From an uncultured Planctomycetales bacterium (GTDB taxonomy: Bacteria; Omnitrophota; Gorgyraeia; Zapsychrales; Aceulaceae), in assembly GCA_964648665.1 (NCBI GenBank), contig CAZYOA010000003.1, positions 17,449 through 81,448 on the forward strand: DNA of 64,000 nt. The letters are read 5' to 3'. Shown here in pieces: positions 18,497-28,643 of this stretch. A program made the translations under genes and the position numbers. The notes beneath the pieces were generated by a model. The model was not told where the DNA came from. It made no database searches and saw only the letters and a list, made by a program, of their open reading frames with translations. Numbering within the stretch: position 1 is the stretch's first letter; the number at the start of each line of letters is the position of its first letter.

Positions 18497-19645
18497 ATGG
18501 ATATTTCAAAAAAAGTTGAGAAACTTAAACCTTCAGGAATACGTGTCTTTTTTGATCTTGTATTAAACATGAAAGATGTTATTTCTCTTGGTGTAGGTGA
18601 ACCAGATTTTGTTACGCCTTGGCGCATTCGGGAGAAAGCTGTTTTTTCTCTTGAGCAGGGATATACATCGTATACATCAAATAAGGGCATGGGTGATCTT
18701 AGAAAATCAATCGTTCATTTCTTAAATCGTCGCTATAAATTAAATTATGATTTTGAAGAAGAAGTTTTAATTACTGTTGGAGTTAGCGAAGGTCTTGATT
18801 TGGCTGTTCGTGCGATTCTAAATCCACTAGATCAGGTGTTGATTCCAGAGCCATGTTATGTTTCTTATGGGGCTGTTGTTGAGCTTGCTGGCGGAAAATC
18901 TGTTTTTTTGAAAACAAATGTTAATAATGGATTTAAGATTTCAGCTCAACAAATAGAAAAATCTTGCACTAAAAATACTAAAGCTTTGTTGATTAATTAT
19001 CCTTGTAATCCAACGGGAGCATCGTATACAAAAAAAGAGCTTCAAGATATTGCACGCGTTGTTAAGAAAAAGGATTTGATTGTTATTAGTGATGAAGTTT
19101 ATGATGAGCTGACGTATGATTTTGGACATACGCCACTTTCTACTTTAAAAGATATGAAAAACCGTGTTGTTTATTTAAATGGATTTTCTAAAACTTATGC
19201 TATGACAGGTTTTCGTTTAGGATGGGCTTGTGGACCAGCTAAGATTATTGCTGCGATGACAAAAATTCATCAGTACACAATGTTGTGTGCGCCGATTACA
19301 AGCCAAATGGCAGGCATAGAGGCCTTGCGCGCAGGGCTTTCAGATGTTATGGAAATGAAAAAAGAATATGCTCGTCGTCGGCGATTTGTTGTGAATCGCT
19401 TAAATGAAATGGGATTGGATTGTCATACGCCAGATGGCGCTTTTTATGTTTTTCCTTGTATAAGTAAGTTTAACAAAAGTTCTTTAGATTTTGCAAATGA
19501 CTTATTGAAAAAGAAAAAAGTTGCTTTGGTTCCAGGCGTTGCTTTTGGTGATTGCGCTGAGGGTCATGTAAGAATATCGTATGCATCAAGCTACGAAAAT
19601 CTTAAAGAAGCTTTAATACGTATTGAGCAGTATTTAAGTAAGTAA
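18497..19645 (+). CDS. Class I/II PLP-dependent aminotransferase (aspartate aminotransferase-like)
   Basis: 'LGVGEPDF', 'NYPCNPTG', 'VISDEVYDEL', 'NGFSKTYAMTGFRLGW' (PLP lysine). Confidence 0.85.
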   Translation: MDISKKVEKLKPSGIRVFFDLVLNMKDVISLGVGEPDFVTPWRIREKAVFSLEQGYTSYTSNKGMGDLRKSIVHFLNRRYKLNYDFEEEVLITVGVSEGLDLAVRAILNPLDQVLIPEPCYVSYGAVVELAGGKSVFLKTNVNNGFKISAQQIEKSCTKNTKALLINYPCNPTGASYTKKELQDIARVVKKKDLIVISDEVYDELTYDFGHTPLSTLKDMKNRVVYLNGFSKTYAMTGFRLGWACGPAKIIAAMTKIHQYTMLCAPITSQMAGIEALRAGLSDVMEMKKEYARRRRFVVNRLNEMGLDCHTPDGAFYVFPCISKFNKSSLDFANDLLKKKKVALVPGVAFGDCAEGHVRISYASSYENLKEALIRIEQYLSK

Positions 19646-19687
19646 ATCCTACCGTGTTTAGTATATAAATTGATAAAGAAAGGTGTT

Positions 19688-22075
19688 ATGTTTAAGAAAA
19701 ATGCGATATTCCTTTTTGGAATGATAATGATGTTGTCTTTATGTTCTTGTCAGGAGCAAGATCGTTTTGGTAAGAATCAAGCAACTCTTCAAGAGGCAAA
19801 GATTTTTTCTGAGAAGTCTGAGCAATATTATCAGGATGCGCTTAAGCAATATCAGAAAGTTCTCGAATCTCATCCCGAGCAAGAAGATATTTATTATCAA
19901 ATAGCTTTGTTGCATCAAAGTCGCGGAGAATACGATAAGGCTGTTGATGTTTTAAGTCAGGTCAAATCCGATCGCTTTAATAAGCTTCGAGCTATTTGTC
20001 TTTATCGCTCTGGCCGCTATACAGATGCTTTAGGTGTTTTCGAAAGAATGAATGAGTTTAAAGATGATAAATATTTTTATTATTATGCCTTAACTTGCGA
20101 AGAGCATAATTTGCATACAAAAGCTTTGGAGTTGTACAAGAAAATTAAAAGTGATCCTTTTTTATCAAAAGCAAATATGCATATTCAAAGCATTAATGCG
20201 CTTAAGGAAAAAACAACGCTTCAAGGGCTTGATGAAGAAATCCAAAACTTGATTTCCAACGCTCCATCTCAAGAAGATTTTCCTCAGGCTGGAGCTGTGA
20301 TATTGCTTTCTCGAGAGAATGTTGAAATTAAAGAAAATTATTCTGTTGTTTCAGAAGATCATTATTTGATTAAGATTCTCAATGAGCGTGGTAAGCATTT
20401 TGGTGAAATCAAGATTCCTTATGACTCGACGTACGGAAAAGTTGAAATTGTTTTTGCGCGTACGATAAAGCCAAATGGAGAGGTTGTTTCTGTGGGATCG
20501 AAACATATTCGCGATGTTTCGAGATATCTTAATTTTCCTTTGTACAGTAATGCTCGTGTAAAAATTATTTCTATGCCAGAAGTTGCTATTGGATCAATTT
20601 TAGAATATAAGGTTCGATCTACTCAAAGCAAGATGATTGCTAATAATAAATTTAATACATCTTATTTTGTGCAAAATCGAGAACCAATTCAGTATCAGGA
20701 ATTTAAAGTTACATTGCCCAAAAAAGATCAGTTGCAGACGCGTATTATAAATAAGGAGATGAATCAACAAAACTTTAATTTGAATCCAGAAATTATTCAA
20801 GATGAGAAAACGATAACGTATTCTTGGGTTTTTGAAAATGTTGATCAGATTATTCCTGAACCTTTAATGCCACCTGTTTCAGAATCAGCACCAATGATTT
20901 TGATGACAACGTTTCAAACGTGGGAAGAAATTTATACGTGGTGGTGGGAGTTAGCTAAAGATAAAATTAAAGTTAATGAAGATATTAAAAAAAAGGTGGC
21001 AGAGCTTACAGAGGGGCTAGAGGATTTAAAACAAAAAGCAAAAGCTGTTTATAATTTTTGTGCACGTGATATTCGCTATGTTGGTATTGAATATGGTCAG
21101 GCGGGATATGAGCCTCATGATGCGACTGAAATTTTTTCTAATAAATATGGAGATTGTAAAGATCAGGCTATTCTTTTAATTTCGATGTTGAAAGAGGCGG
21201 GCATTAAGGCTTATCCTGTTATCATTGGTACGCGTGGCGTTCCACGATTATCTAAAGAATTTCCAGCGCTTTCATTTAATCATTGTATTGCTGTTGCTGA
21301 GATAGATGGAGAATATATCTTTCTTGATCCAACAGGAGAAGTTGTTTTGTTTGGTGATTTGCCTACTGGTGATCAAGGGCGAGATGTTTTTGTTTGTTTT
21401 GAAGAAAATGGACGCATTTTGTGGATTCCGAAATTTTCATCTGAACATAATAAGATTGTAAGACAAACGCGTTTAATGTTTGATGAGGATGAACAAATTT
21501 CAGGATCGCGTCAAGCTGCAACTTCAGGTGTTTTTGATCAGATGCAAAGAGGATGGTTGCGCTATACGATGCCGATTCTCGTTAAAGAATCTTTGCAGGA
21601 AAAGATTCAAAGCATTGTTCCGGGATCAAGCTTGATATCGTATGATGTTGAAAACTTAGGGGAAATGCAAAAAGATATTGTGCTTTCGTATCTTTTTAAA
21701 GGATCGGATTTCTTTTTAACTGCGGGAAAGACAATGCGTGTTGTTCCTCAGTTGACAAGCATTGATTTAGAAATTGTTTCAAAGGTGAGTCGAGTGTATC
21801 CGATTGATTTTGTTGTTCCTCGATATGAGGAAAATATATTTGAAATCATTATTCCGGATAATTACCAAGTGACTTCTCTTCCTGAGTCGATTGTTAGTGA
21901 TACATTGTGGTATCGCTATGAAAGCATTTATACTCAAGAGGGTAAGAAAATTATTTTAAAAGAAAAAAATACTCTTAAAAAAGAGTCTGTTGATTCGAAT
22001 GATTATTTTGCATACAAGAAAAGCCTGGAAGAGCTTTCTAAAAAAATTCGGCAAAGTATTATTTTAGAGAAATAA
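19688..22075 (+). CDS. Lipoprotein with TPR repeats, DUF3857-like domain and transglutaminase-like core
   Basis: ATG 19688; lipobox 'MLSLCSC'; N-terminal TPRs. The transglutaminase Cys motif 'YGDCKDQAILLISMLKEAGIKAYPV' is followed by 'NHCIAVAEIDGEYIFLDPT'. Confidence 0.75.
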   Translation: MFKKNAIFLFGMIMMLSLCSCQEQDRFGKNQATLQEAKIFSEKSEQYYQDALKQYQKVLESHPEQEDIYYQIALLHQSRGEYDKAVDVLSQVKSDRFNKLRAICLYRSGRYTDALGVFERMNEFKDDKYFYYYALTCEEHNLHTKALELYKKIKSDPFLSKANMHIQSINALKEKTTLQGLDEEIQNLISNAPSQEDFPQAGAVILLSRENVEIKENYSVVSEDHYLIKILNERGKHFGEIKIPYDSTYGKVEIVFARTIKPNGEVVSVGSKHIRDVSRYLNFPLYSNARVKIISMPEVAIGSILEYKVRSTQSKMIANNKFNTSYFVQNREPIQYQEFKVTLPKKDQLQTRIINKEMNQQNFNLNPEIIQDEKTITYSWVFENVDQIIPEPLMPPVSESAPMILMTTFQTWEEIYTWWWELAKDKIKVNEDIKKKVAELTEGLEDLKQKAKAVYNFCARDIRYVGIEYGQAGYEPHDATEIFSNKYGDCKDQAILLISMLKEAGIKAYPVIIGTRGVPRLSKEFPALSFNHCIAVAEIDGEYIFLDPTGEVVLFGDLPTGDQGRDVFVCFEENGRILWIPKFSSEHNKIVRQTRLMFDEDEQISGSRQAATSGVFDQMQRGWLRYTMPILVKESLQEKIQSIVPGSSLISYDVENLGEMQKDIVLSYLFKGSDFFLTAGKTMRVVPQLTSIDLEIVSKVSRVYPIDFVVPRYEENIFEIIIPDNYQVTSLPESIVSDTLWYRYESIYTQEGKKIILKEKNTLKKESVDSNDYFAYKKSLEELSKKIRQSIILEK

Positions 22076-22076
22076 C

Positions 22077-22472
22077 ATGAGTCCAAAATCAGAAAATAAA
22101 AAGAAAAAAGATGAACAGTTTGAGATTTGTTTTTTCGAAGGTATTTTAAAGGACAGTCCAGATTTCATCGAGGCTTTAATTGCCCTGGGCGATTTATATA
22201 CTAAGCATAACTTTTATCAAAAAGGATTAGAGGTTGATCAAAAACTTGTTCAGTTAAGACCAGAAGATCCTATTGTTTTGTATAATTTAGCATGCAGCTA
22301 TTCTCTCGTTGGTCATCTTGAGCGCGCATTTTGCGCGATACAGGTTGCAATTGCGAGAGGGTATGGTGATCTTGATTTTCTTAAAGAAGACGCTGATCTT
22401 AAGAACTTAAGAAATTATGCACCATTTCAAGATTTTTTGAGCAATCGAAAAATAGATAAAGCCAAGATTTAA
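22077..22472 (+). CDS. Small TPR-repeat protein
   Basis: 131 aa with TPR-like helices ([43 protein letters not shown]). Confidence 0.6.
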   Translation: MSPKSENKKKKDEQFEICFFEGILKDSPDFIEALIALGDLYTKHNFYQKGLEVDQKLVQLRPEDPIVLYNLACSYSLVGHLERAFCAIQVAIARGYGDLDFLKEDADLKNLRNYAPFQDFLSNRKIDKAKI

Positions 22473-22486
22473 TATTTAGAGGGTTT

Positions 22487-22903
22487 ATGAAAAGCTATAA
22501 GCAAGAACTTTGGTTTCAGACTGAAAAAAGACGAGGATATATCAATATCACAGATACTGTACAAATTGCGATTGATAAAAGCGGCATCAAAGAGGGCTTG
22601 TGTCTTGTTAACGCTATGCATATTACAGCAAGTGTTTTTATCAATGATGATGAGCGTGGTCTTATTGAAGATTTTGATGATTGGCTAGAGAAGCTTGCGC
22701 CACATGAGCCAGTTTCAGGTTATCGACATAATACTGGCGAAGATAATGCTGATGGGCACATGAAGCGACAAATCATGGGTCGAGAAGTTGTTGTTGCTGT
22801 CACAGAAGGAAAATTAGATTTTGGGCCATGGGAACAAATCTTCTATGGAGAATTTGACGGGCGCAGAAAAAAAAGAGCTTTAATTAAAATTATTGGAGAA
22901 TAA
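22487..22903 (+). CDS. YjbQ/UPF0047 family protein (second paralog)
   Basis: '[20 protein letters not shown]', '[40 protein letters not shown]'. Confidence 0.85.
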   Translation: MKSYKQELWFQTEKRRGYINITDTVQIAIDKSGIKEGLCLVNAMHITASVFINDDERGLIEDFDDWLEKLAPHEPVSGYRHNTGEDNADGHMKRQIMGREVVVAVTEGKLDFGPWEQIFYGEFDGRRKKRALIKIIGE

Positions 22904-22917
22904 AGGAGTTTAATCTG

Positions 22918-23823
22918 ATGAGTTTATTAGTTTCAGGAACCGTTGCATTAGACAGCATAAAAACACCTTGTGGTGTGCGTCCGCGCTTGCTAGGCGGATC
23001 AGCGTCTCATTTTTGTATGAGTGCGTCATTTTTTACAAAAGTTGCACTTTCCGGTGTTATTGGAAAAGATTTTCCACAAAAATATATTAAATTGTTTCAA
23101 TCAAAAGATATTGATATGAAATCTTTAGTGCGCAAAGAAGGAAAAACATTTCATTGGAATGGCGAGTATAAAAAAGGTGACTTTAATACAGCGCTTACAA
23201 AGTCAACAGTTTTGGGAGTTTTGGCTGGTTTTGAACCGAACATTATAGATGCTCATCAATCGATTCCGAATGTCTTTCTTGCTAATGACGACCCTGAGAT
23301 ACAAGCTAAAGTTCTAAAAGCAGTGAAGATGCCTAGGCTTGTGGGTTTGGATACAATGAATTTATGGATTGAGCATAAGAAAAAACCATTGTTGAAGTTG
23401 ATCAAGAAAGTTGATTTGTTTGTTGCTAATGATGCAGAGGCGCGCTCTTTAACGCAAGAGAATAATTTGATTAAAGCGGCTAAAGCGCTTCGAAAGCTTG
23501 GGCCTAAAATGGTTGTGATTAAAAAAGGTGAGCATGGATTTTTGTTTTATAGCGATGAGATTATGTTTGCATATCCTGCCTATCCCGTCGAGAAAGTTGT
23601 TGACCCAACGGGGGCAGGCGATACCTTTGCTGGAGGATTAATGGGTTATTTGAGTCAGTCGAAAACGTTAAGCAAGAAAGCTTTAAAGCAAGCTTTGTGT
23701 TACGCTACAGTGATGTCTTCGTTTAACGTTGAAGGGTTTGGCGTCGAGAGAATATCAAAGATTAATAAGAATGATATTAATAAACGAAAGAATGAGTTTT
23801 TAAAATTCATTTCATATCAATAA
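22918..23823 (+). CDS. PfkB-family carbohydrate/nucleoside kinase
   Basis: 'LLGGSASH' and the C-terminal signature 'DPTGAGDTFAGGLMGYL'. Confidence 0.8.
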   Translation: MSLLVSGTVALDSIKTPCGVRPRLLGGSASHFCMSASFFTKVALSGVIGKDFPQKYIKLFQSKDIDMKSLVRKEGKTFHWNGEYKKGDFNTALTKSTVLGVLAGFEPNIIDAHQSIPNVFLANDDPEIQAKVLKAVKMPRLVGLDTMNLWIEHKKKPLLKLIKKVDLFVANDAEARSLTQENNLIKAAKALRKLGPKMVVIKKGEHGFLFYSDEIMFAYPAYPVEKVVDPTGAGDTFAGGLMGYLSQSKTLSKKALKQALCYATVMSSFNVEGFGVERISKINKNDINKRKNEFLKFISYQ

Positions 23824-23826
23824 ATT

Positions 23827-24798
23827 ATGAACACAAAAGAATTTAAAAAAAGTTTAGAAACAACCGTGCAGATGATTCGAAAAAGTCAGAATATTATTTT
23901 GGCTTGTCATATGAATCCAGATGGAGACACGATTGGATCAATGTTAGGTCTTGGGCTAGGATTATCTAAGTTAAAAAAGAAAATAACTTATCTTTGTCCA
24001 GATCGAATTCCTAATCGTTATCAAGCGTTGCCTGATGCAAAGAAAGTCAAAAGCCATTGTCGTACGACGGGAGATTTGGCGATTACGCTTGATTGTGCAA
24101 GTATTAAACAACTTCCACGCGTCGATCGGTTTTTAAAGCAGTCGAAATATATTATTGAAATTGATCATCATATTTATCGAGATCAATTTGGTGATGTTGA
24201 GCTTATTTCTGAAAACGCGTCATCTGTTGGAGAGATTGTCTTTAAGGTGCTGTCTCAGCTAAAAGTAAAGATTGATAAAAAAATCGCTGAATGTCTTTTG
24301 ACGTCTGCCATTGTTGAGACATCATCGTTTAGTAGCGAGAGTGTAAGCGAGAAAACCTTTGAAGCTTGTGCTGACCTTATTAAGACTGGCGTTGATTTTA
24401 ATAAGATTTCACAGCGTTATTATTGGCGAAAAAGTTTATCGGCAATGCATTTAACAGGGCTATCATTTTTACGTATTAAAAAAGCAAGAAACAAGAAAGT
24501 TGTTTGGTCGATTATCCATAAAGAAGATTTTAAGAAAGTTCATGGTCATCAAGAAGATGTTGATCCTGTGGCTGATGATATGTTGATGACAGAAGAGGCG
24601 CAGATTGCATTGTTTTTCAGAGAGATTGAAAACAACATGCTTCGTGTTAGCTTAAGATCGAGAGGGCTTATTGATGTCGGGCACCTAGCTACAGTGTATG
24701 GTGGAGGCGGGCATCAAAATGTAGCGAGCTGTCGAATTCATAACACAAAAAAGGCTATTGATAAATTGATCGCACAAGCATCACGCTTGGTGCGCTAA
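23827..24798 (+). CDS. nrnA: DHH/DHHA1 phosphoesterase (NrnA-type oligoribonuclease/pAp phosphatase)
   Basis: 'LACHMNPDGDTIGS', 'EIDHH' and the DHHA1 motif 'GGGGHQNVASC'. Confidence 0.8.
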   Translation: MNTKEFKKSLETTVQMIRKSQNIILACHMNPDGDTIGSMLGLGLGLSKLKKKITYLCPDRIPNRYQALPDAKKVKSHCRTTGDLAITLDCASIKQLPRVDRFLKQSKYIIEIDHHIYRDQFGDVELISENASSVGEIVFKVLSQLKVKIDKKIAECLLTSAIVETSSFSSESVSEKTFEACADLIKTGVDFNKISQRYYWRKSLSAMHLTGLSFLRIKKARNKKVVWSIIHKEDFKKVHGHQEDVDPVADDMLMTEEAQIALFFREIENNMLRVSLRSRGLIDVGHLATVYGGGGHQNVASCRIHNTKKAIDKLIAQASRLVR

Positions 24799-24811
24799 AA
24801 CGGAGAAGATT

Positions 24812-25072
24812 TTGATTCAAAAAATAGGACTTGTTGCAGCGATTGTTTTGCCTCTTTGGAATATTCCCTTGATCATTCGTATTGTAAAACGAAAATCATC
24901 GAACGATATTAGCCTTCTATGGGCTATTGGTGTTTGGACTTGTTTAATCTTGATGGCACCGTCGGGTTTTGTTTCTGAAGATATTGTTTGGAAAGTGTTT
25001 AATATTGTTAATTTAATATTATTTTCTGCTGTGATGATAACAATACTTATTTACCATAAAAGAAATGACTAA
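24812..25072 (+). CDS. Small 3-TM membrane protein, PQ-loop/SemiSWEET-like
   Basis: 86 aa; TTG start after the SD 'ggagaag'. It has three hydrophobic helices, and 'LPLWNIPLIIRIVKRKSSNDISL' resembles the PQ-loop pattern. This is a weak call. Confidence 0.35.
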   Translation: MIQKIGLVAAIVLPLWNIPLIIRIVKRKSSNDISLLWAIGVWTCLILMAPSGFVSEDIVWKVFNIVNLILFSAVMITILIYHKRND

Positions 25073-25991
25073 TATGCCTAAAAAGAAAAGTTTTAAAGCA
25101 GGTTTTGTTTCTATCGTTGGAAGGCCTAATGTTGGCAAATCAACACTTTTAAATTCTATTGTCGGCCAAAAGGTTGCGATTGTTTCAAAGATTCCGCAAA
25201 CGACGCGTAATCAAATTCGAGGTATTTATAACGATGAACGCGGTCAGATTGTTTTTATTGATACTCCTGGATTGGTACGAGGAAGAGATAAGCTGGATCA
25301 ATTTATGAAACAGGCTTCTTTCGGAACAGTTGGTGATGTTGATTGCGTGATTCATTTAGTCGATGCGAATCGATCTGTTAAAGAAGATGAGCAAATGATT
25401 ATTGAGAGACTTTGTGACCTGAAGGAACCGTTGATTCTAGGTTTAAATAAAGCAGATCTGAAAATAAAGAAAGTTTCGGAATACGTTGAGGTTTATCAAG
25501 AAAAGCTTAGAGATAAGTTTAATGATCAAGAAAAATTTGTTATGTTGCCTTTATCCGGAGAGACAGATTTTAATATTGATAAATTAACGGAAGTGCTTTT
25601 TAAATTTCTACCAGAAAGCCCAGCTTTATATCCTGATAATATTGTTTCGGATGTTCCTCAGAGAATTGCGATTTCTGATATTATTCGAGAAAAATTACTT
25701 TTGATTCTAAGAGATGAAATACCTTATTCTGTTGCGGTTGAAATTATAATGATTGAACGCAGAAAGAATAAATTAACATACATCGAAGCGGTCATCTTAG
25801 TCTTAGAGACAACGCATAAAGAAATTGTGATTGGTAAGAAGGGCAAGAATTTAAAGCAAGTTGGAACCCTTGCGCGCAAAGAGCTAGAAGGCCTTTTAGG
25901 TCGACGAGTTTTTATTGATTTGAATGTTAAGATTCGAAAGAAATGGCGTGACAATATTTCTCTTTTGAGGGATTTAGGGTATGGCGGTTAA
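25065..25991 (+). CDS. era: GTPase Era
   Basis: G1 'GRPNVGKST', G3 'DTPG', G4 'NKAD', and a C-terminal KH domain ('VIGKKGKNLKQVGTLARKELE'). Confidence 0.92.
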   Translation: MTNMPKKKSFKAGFVSIVGRPNVGKSTLLNSIVGQKVAIVSKIPQTTRNQIRGIYNDERGQIVFIDTPGLVRGRDKLDQFMKQASFGTVGDVDCVIHLVDANRSVKEDEQMIIERLCDLKEPLILGLNKADLKIKKVSEYVEVYQEKLRDKFNDQEKFVMLPLSGETDFNIDKLTEVLFKFLPESPALYPDNIVSDVPQRIAISDIIREKLLLILRDEIPYSVAVEIIMIERRKNKLTYIEAVILVLETTHKEIVIGKKGKNLKQVGTLARKELEGLLGRRVFIDLNVKIRKKWRDNISLLRDLGYGG

Positions 25992-26652
25992 GGCTTTTAC
26001 GGCAAAGCAGGCACAGCGTTTAGACAGAATAGCGACTGAAAGAATTGGTATTCCTTCAATTATCTTGATGGAAAATGCAGGGCGCATTACAGCTTTCGAG
26101 ATTATGTGTAAGCTAAAAACTCCAAAAGGTCATTTTATTTGTATTGTTTGTGGGCCGGGAAACAATGGAGGCGACGGTTTTGTTGCTGCGCGACATCTTC
26201 ATGCTAGTGGATATAAAATTAAAGTATTTTTAATCGGTAAGGCCAGTAAGCTTAAAAAAGATTCTTTGATTAACTATAGAATCTTAAGGAAATTAAAATG
26301 TTCGATTCAAGAGGTTGGCCGGGTAAGTCCTCAGGTTTTAAAAGATTTTAAGAGATCATCGGTTATTGTTGATGCGATCTTTGGCATTGGATTAAATCGG
26401 GAAGTTTGCGGATTCTTTAAAGCAATGATTGAATTAATTAATTCATTGGAAAAGTTTGTGATTTGCGTCGATGTTCCTTCAGGCTTGGATGCGACAACAG
26501 GATTAATTTTAGGATCGTGTATAAAAGGACAGATGACGGTTACTTTTGCTGTTTTAAAAAAGGGACTGATTAAAAAAGATGGATTAAAGTATTCTGGAAG
26601 AATTAAAATTGCTGATATAGGAATTCCAAAACAGGCAGAAAGTAAAGCTTAG
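25981..26652 (+). CDS. nnrE: NAD(P)H-hydrate epimerase (YjeF N-terminal domain only)
   Basis: 'LMENAGR', 'CGPGNNGGDGFVAARHL', 'DAIFGIGL', 'DVPSGLDATTG'. Confidence 0.8.
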   Translation: MAVKAFTAKQAQRLDRIATERIGIPSIILMENAGRITAFEIMCKLKTPKGHFICIVCGPGNNGGDGFVAARHLHASGYKIKVFLIGKASKLKKDSLINYRILRKLKCSIQEVGRVSPQVLKDFKRSSVIVDAIFGIGLNREVCGFFKAMIELINSLEKFVICVDVPSGLDATTGLILGSCIKGQMTVTFAVLKKGLIKKDGLKYSGRIKIADIGIPKQAESKA

Positions 26653-26656
26653 GTTT

Positions 26657-27325
26657 ATGGTTCGAAAAGCGCAAGAGAAGAATATTGAACGTATTGTTTG
26701 TTTGATTCGAGAAGCAATTAAAGATTTAGATGATCCTTCTGTAACGCTTGTTGGTAAGAAATGGAAAGATCCTTTTTTGGTTCTTATTTCATGTATTTTA
26801 AGTTTGCGTACAAAGGATGAAACAACGTTACCGGCATCTTTAAGACTTTTTGATCTTGCTCGAAGCCCAAAGGCAATGCTTGTGTTGACGAACAAGAAAA
26901 TTGAGAAGACGATTTATCCAGTTGGTTTTTATAAGACAAAAGCGCGTAATATTAGAGGTATTTGTAGAGATATTTTAGAAAAGTTTGATGGTAAGGTTCC
27001 AAGCGAGATTGATGATTTGTTAATTTTTAAAGGTGTGGGGCGAAAAACAGCAAATTTGGTTTTGACAGAAGGATATGGTAAGCTTGGCTTATGTGTCGAT
27101 ACGCATGTGCACCGAATATCTAATCGACTTGGATATGTTAAAACAAAGACTGCTGAACAGACTGAAATGGCTTTAAGAGAGAAGCTGCCAAAGAAATTTT
27201 GGATAGAGTATAATGCGTTGCTTGTGACATGGGGTCAAAATATTTGTCGGCCTATATCGCCTAGATGTTCAAAATGTGTTATTCAGAAGTTATGCCCTCA
27301 AGAAGGGGTTTTAAAAAGTCGTTAA
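26657..27325 (+). CDS. nth: Endonuclease III
   Basis: HhH-GPD 'LLIFKGVGRKTANLVL', 'VDTHVHRISNRLG', and the 4Fe-4S cluster loop 'CRPISPRCSKCVIQKLC'. Confidence 0.9.
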   Translation: MVRKAQEKNIERIVCLIREAIKDLDDPSVTLVGKKWKDPFLVLISCILSLRTKDETTLPASLRLFDLARSPKAMLVLTNKKIEKTIYPVGFYKTKARNIRGICRDILEKFDGKVPSEIDDLLIFKGVGRKTANLVLTEGYGKLGLCVDTHVHRISNRLGYVKTKTAEQTEMALREKLPKKFWIEYNALLVTWGQNICRPISPRCSKCVIQKLCPQEGVLKSR

Positions 27326-27356
27326 TGCGACGGTTAAAAGATTAGGAATTTAGAAA

Positions 27357-28643
27357 ATGGACCTTTTTATCTTTTTTTCAGAAATTTTAGGAAGAAAAGT
27401 CATTGATCAAGACAATGTCTGCATTGGGACTCTGTCTGATATTGGAATGAATCTGGGAAAAGACGTTTATCCAAAATCAACCTATTTGGTAGTTAAGAGA
27501 GGTTTTTGGGGTAAGCGGTTTGCGCAAGTTTCTTGGGATAAAGTTAAAGAGCTTAATAAAGTTATTAAAATTTCTGGTGATATATCTGAAATTCAGTATC
27601 AAAAGCAGCGACCGGTTTATGAGCTTACGCTTTGTTTAGATGTTTTGGATCAGCAAGTTGTTGATATGGATGATCAAAAGGTTGTTCGTGTTAATGATGT
27701 TAGTTTCTTAAAAGTTGATAATTATTTATATATGGCGCATGTTGATGTTGGTACTCGGGGGCTTGTACGACGTTTAGGTTGGTCGCAGACAATAGATGGA
27801 ATGGTAAAAGCATTCTTTCCCAAAAGTGAATATCTCACAAAAGAAGATTTTATTCCCTGGAAAAATACTCAAGTTTTGACGCTGGGCCGAACTAAAAATG
27901 TTCTGCGGCTTAATATTGCTAAACAAAAGCTATCTCAAATTCCGTCTGCAGAACTTGCTGAGATTATGGAAGATTTAGATATCTTTGAGAAGTATTCGCT
28001 GTTTAAATCTCTTGAGTCTTCTGTTCAGCTAAAAGTTTTCTCTGATCTTTCAACGCCTGAACAAGAAGAAATTGTTGATCAAATGAGTGATCAAGAAGCT
28101 GGAAAGCTCTTAGAAAATATTCCTTCAGATGATGCGGTTGACCTTTTGCTTAATCTTCCCAAAGAGAAGATATCGACGCTTATGCGCGTTATGGGCACAA
28201 AGAAATCTAAAAAACTTAGAGAGCTTTTAGATTTTGAGAGAGACTCTGCGGGTGGTTTAATGACAACAGAATATTTGTTTTTGCCAAAGAATGCACTTGT
28301 TAAAGATGCAATGAAGAAAATTCAAGATAACGTTGAATCGTCGGCAAATATTTATCATATTTATATTATTGATGATCAGCATAAACTTTTAGGGACAACA
28401 TCGCTCCGAAACTTTATTAATGAAGATTCGTGGACTCCTATATTAGATACATGTTATCCAAAGAAAGTTTTTGTTCGCACTGATGATGGGATGGAAGAAA
28501 TTGCTCTTCTTTTAGAAAAGTACAAATTTTCTGTTGTTCCTGTTTTAGATGAGCAAGATATTCTAAAAGGTGTTATTACCATCGATGACGTTTTAGAGGA
28601 ATTGATTTCTATCGCTTGGGGTAAGTACAAGGAAAAATTATAA
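27357..28643 (+). CDS. Soluble PRC-barrel x2 / MgtE_N / CBS-pair protein (MgtE cytoplasmic sensor module without a membrane domain)
   Basis: The N-terminal half has two PRC-like segments (LGRKVIDQDNVCIGTLSDI...; LDQQVVDMDDQKVVRVNDV). The MgtE_N helices read 'EEIVDQMSDQEAGKLLENIPSDDAVDLLLNLPKEKISTLM'. Two CBS motifs follow. There is no TM segment. Its TAA overlaps the next ATG (TAATG at 28641-28645). Confidence 0.75.
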   Translation: MDLFIFFSEILGRKVIDQDNVCIGTLSDIGMNLGKDVYPKSTYLVVKRGFWGKRFAQVSWDKVKELNKVIKISGDISEIQYQKQRPVYELTLCLDVLDQQVVDMDDQKVVRVNDVSFLKVDNYLYMAHVDVGTRGLVRRLGWSQTIDGMVKAFFPKSEYLTKEDFIPWKNTQVLTLGRTKNVLRLNIAKQKLSQIPSAELAEIMEDLDIFEKYSLFKSLESSVQLKVFSDLSTPEQEEIVDQMSDQEAGKLLENIPSDDAVDLLLNLPKEKISTLMRVMGTKKSKKLRELLDFERDSAGGLMTTEYLFLPKNALVKDAMKKIQDNVESSANIYHIYIIDDQHKLLGTTSLRNFINEDSWTPILDTCYPKKVFVRTDDGMEEIALLLEKYKFSVVPVLDEQDILKGVITIDDVLEELISIAWGKYKEKL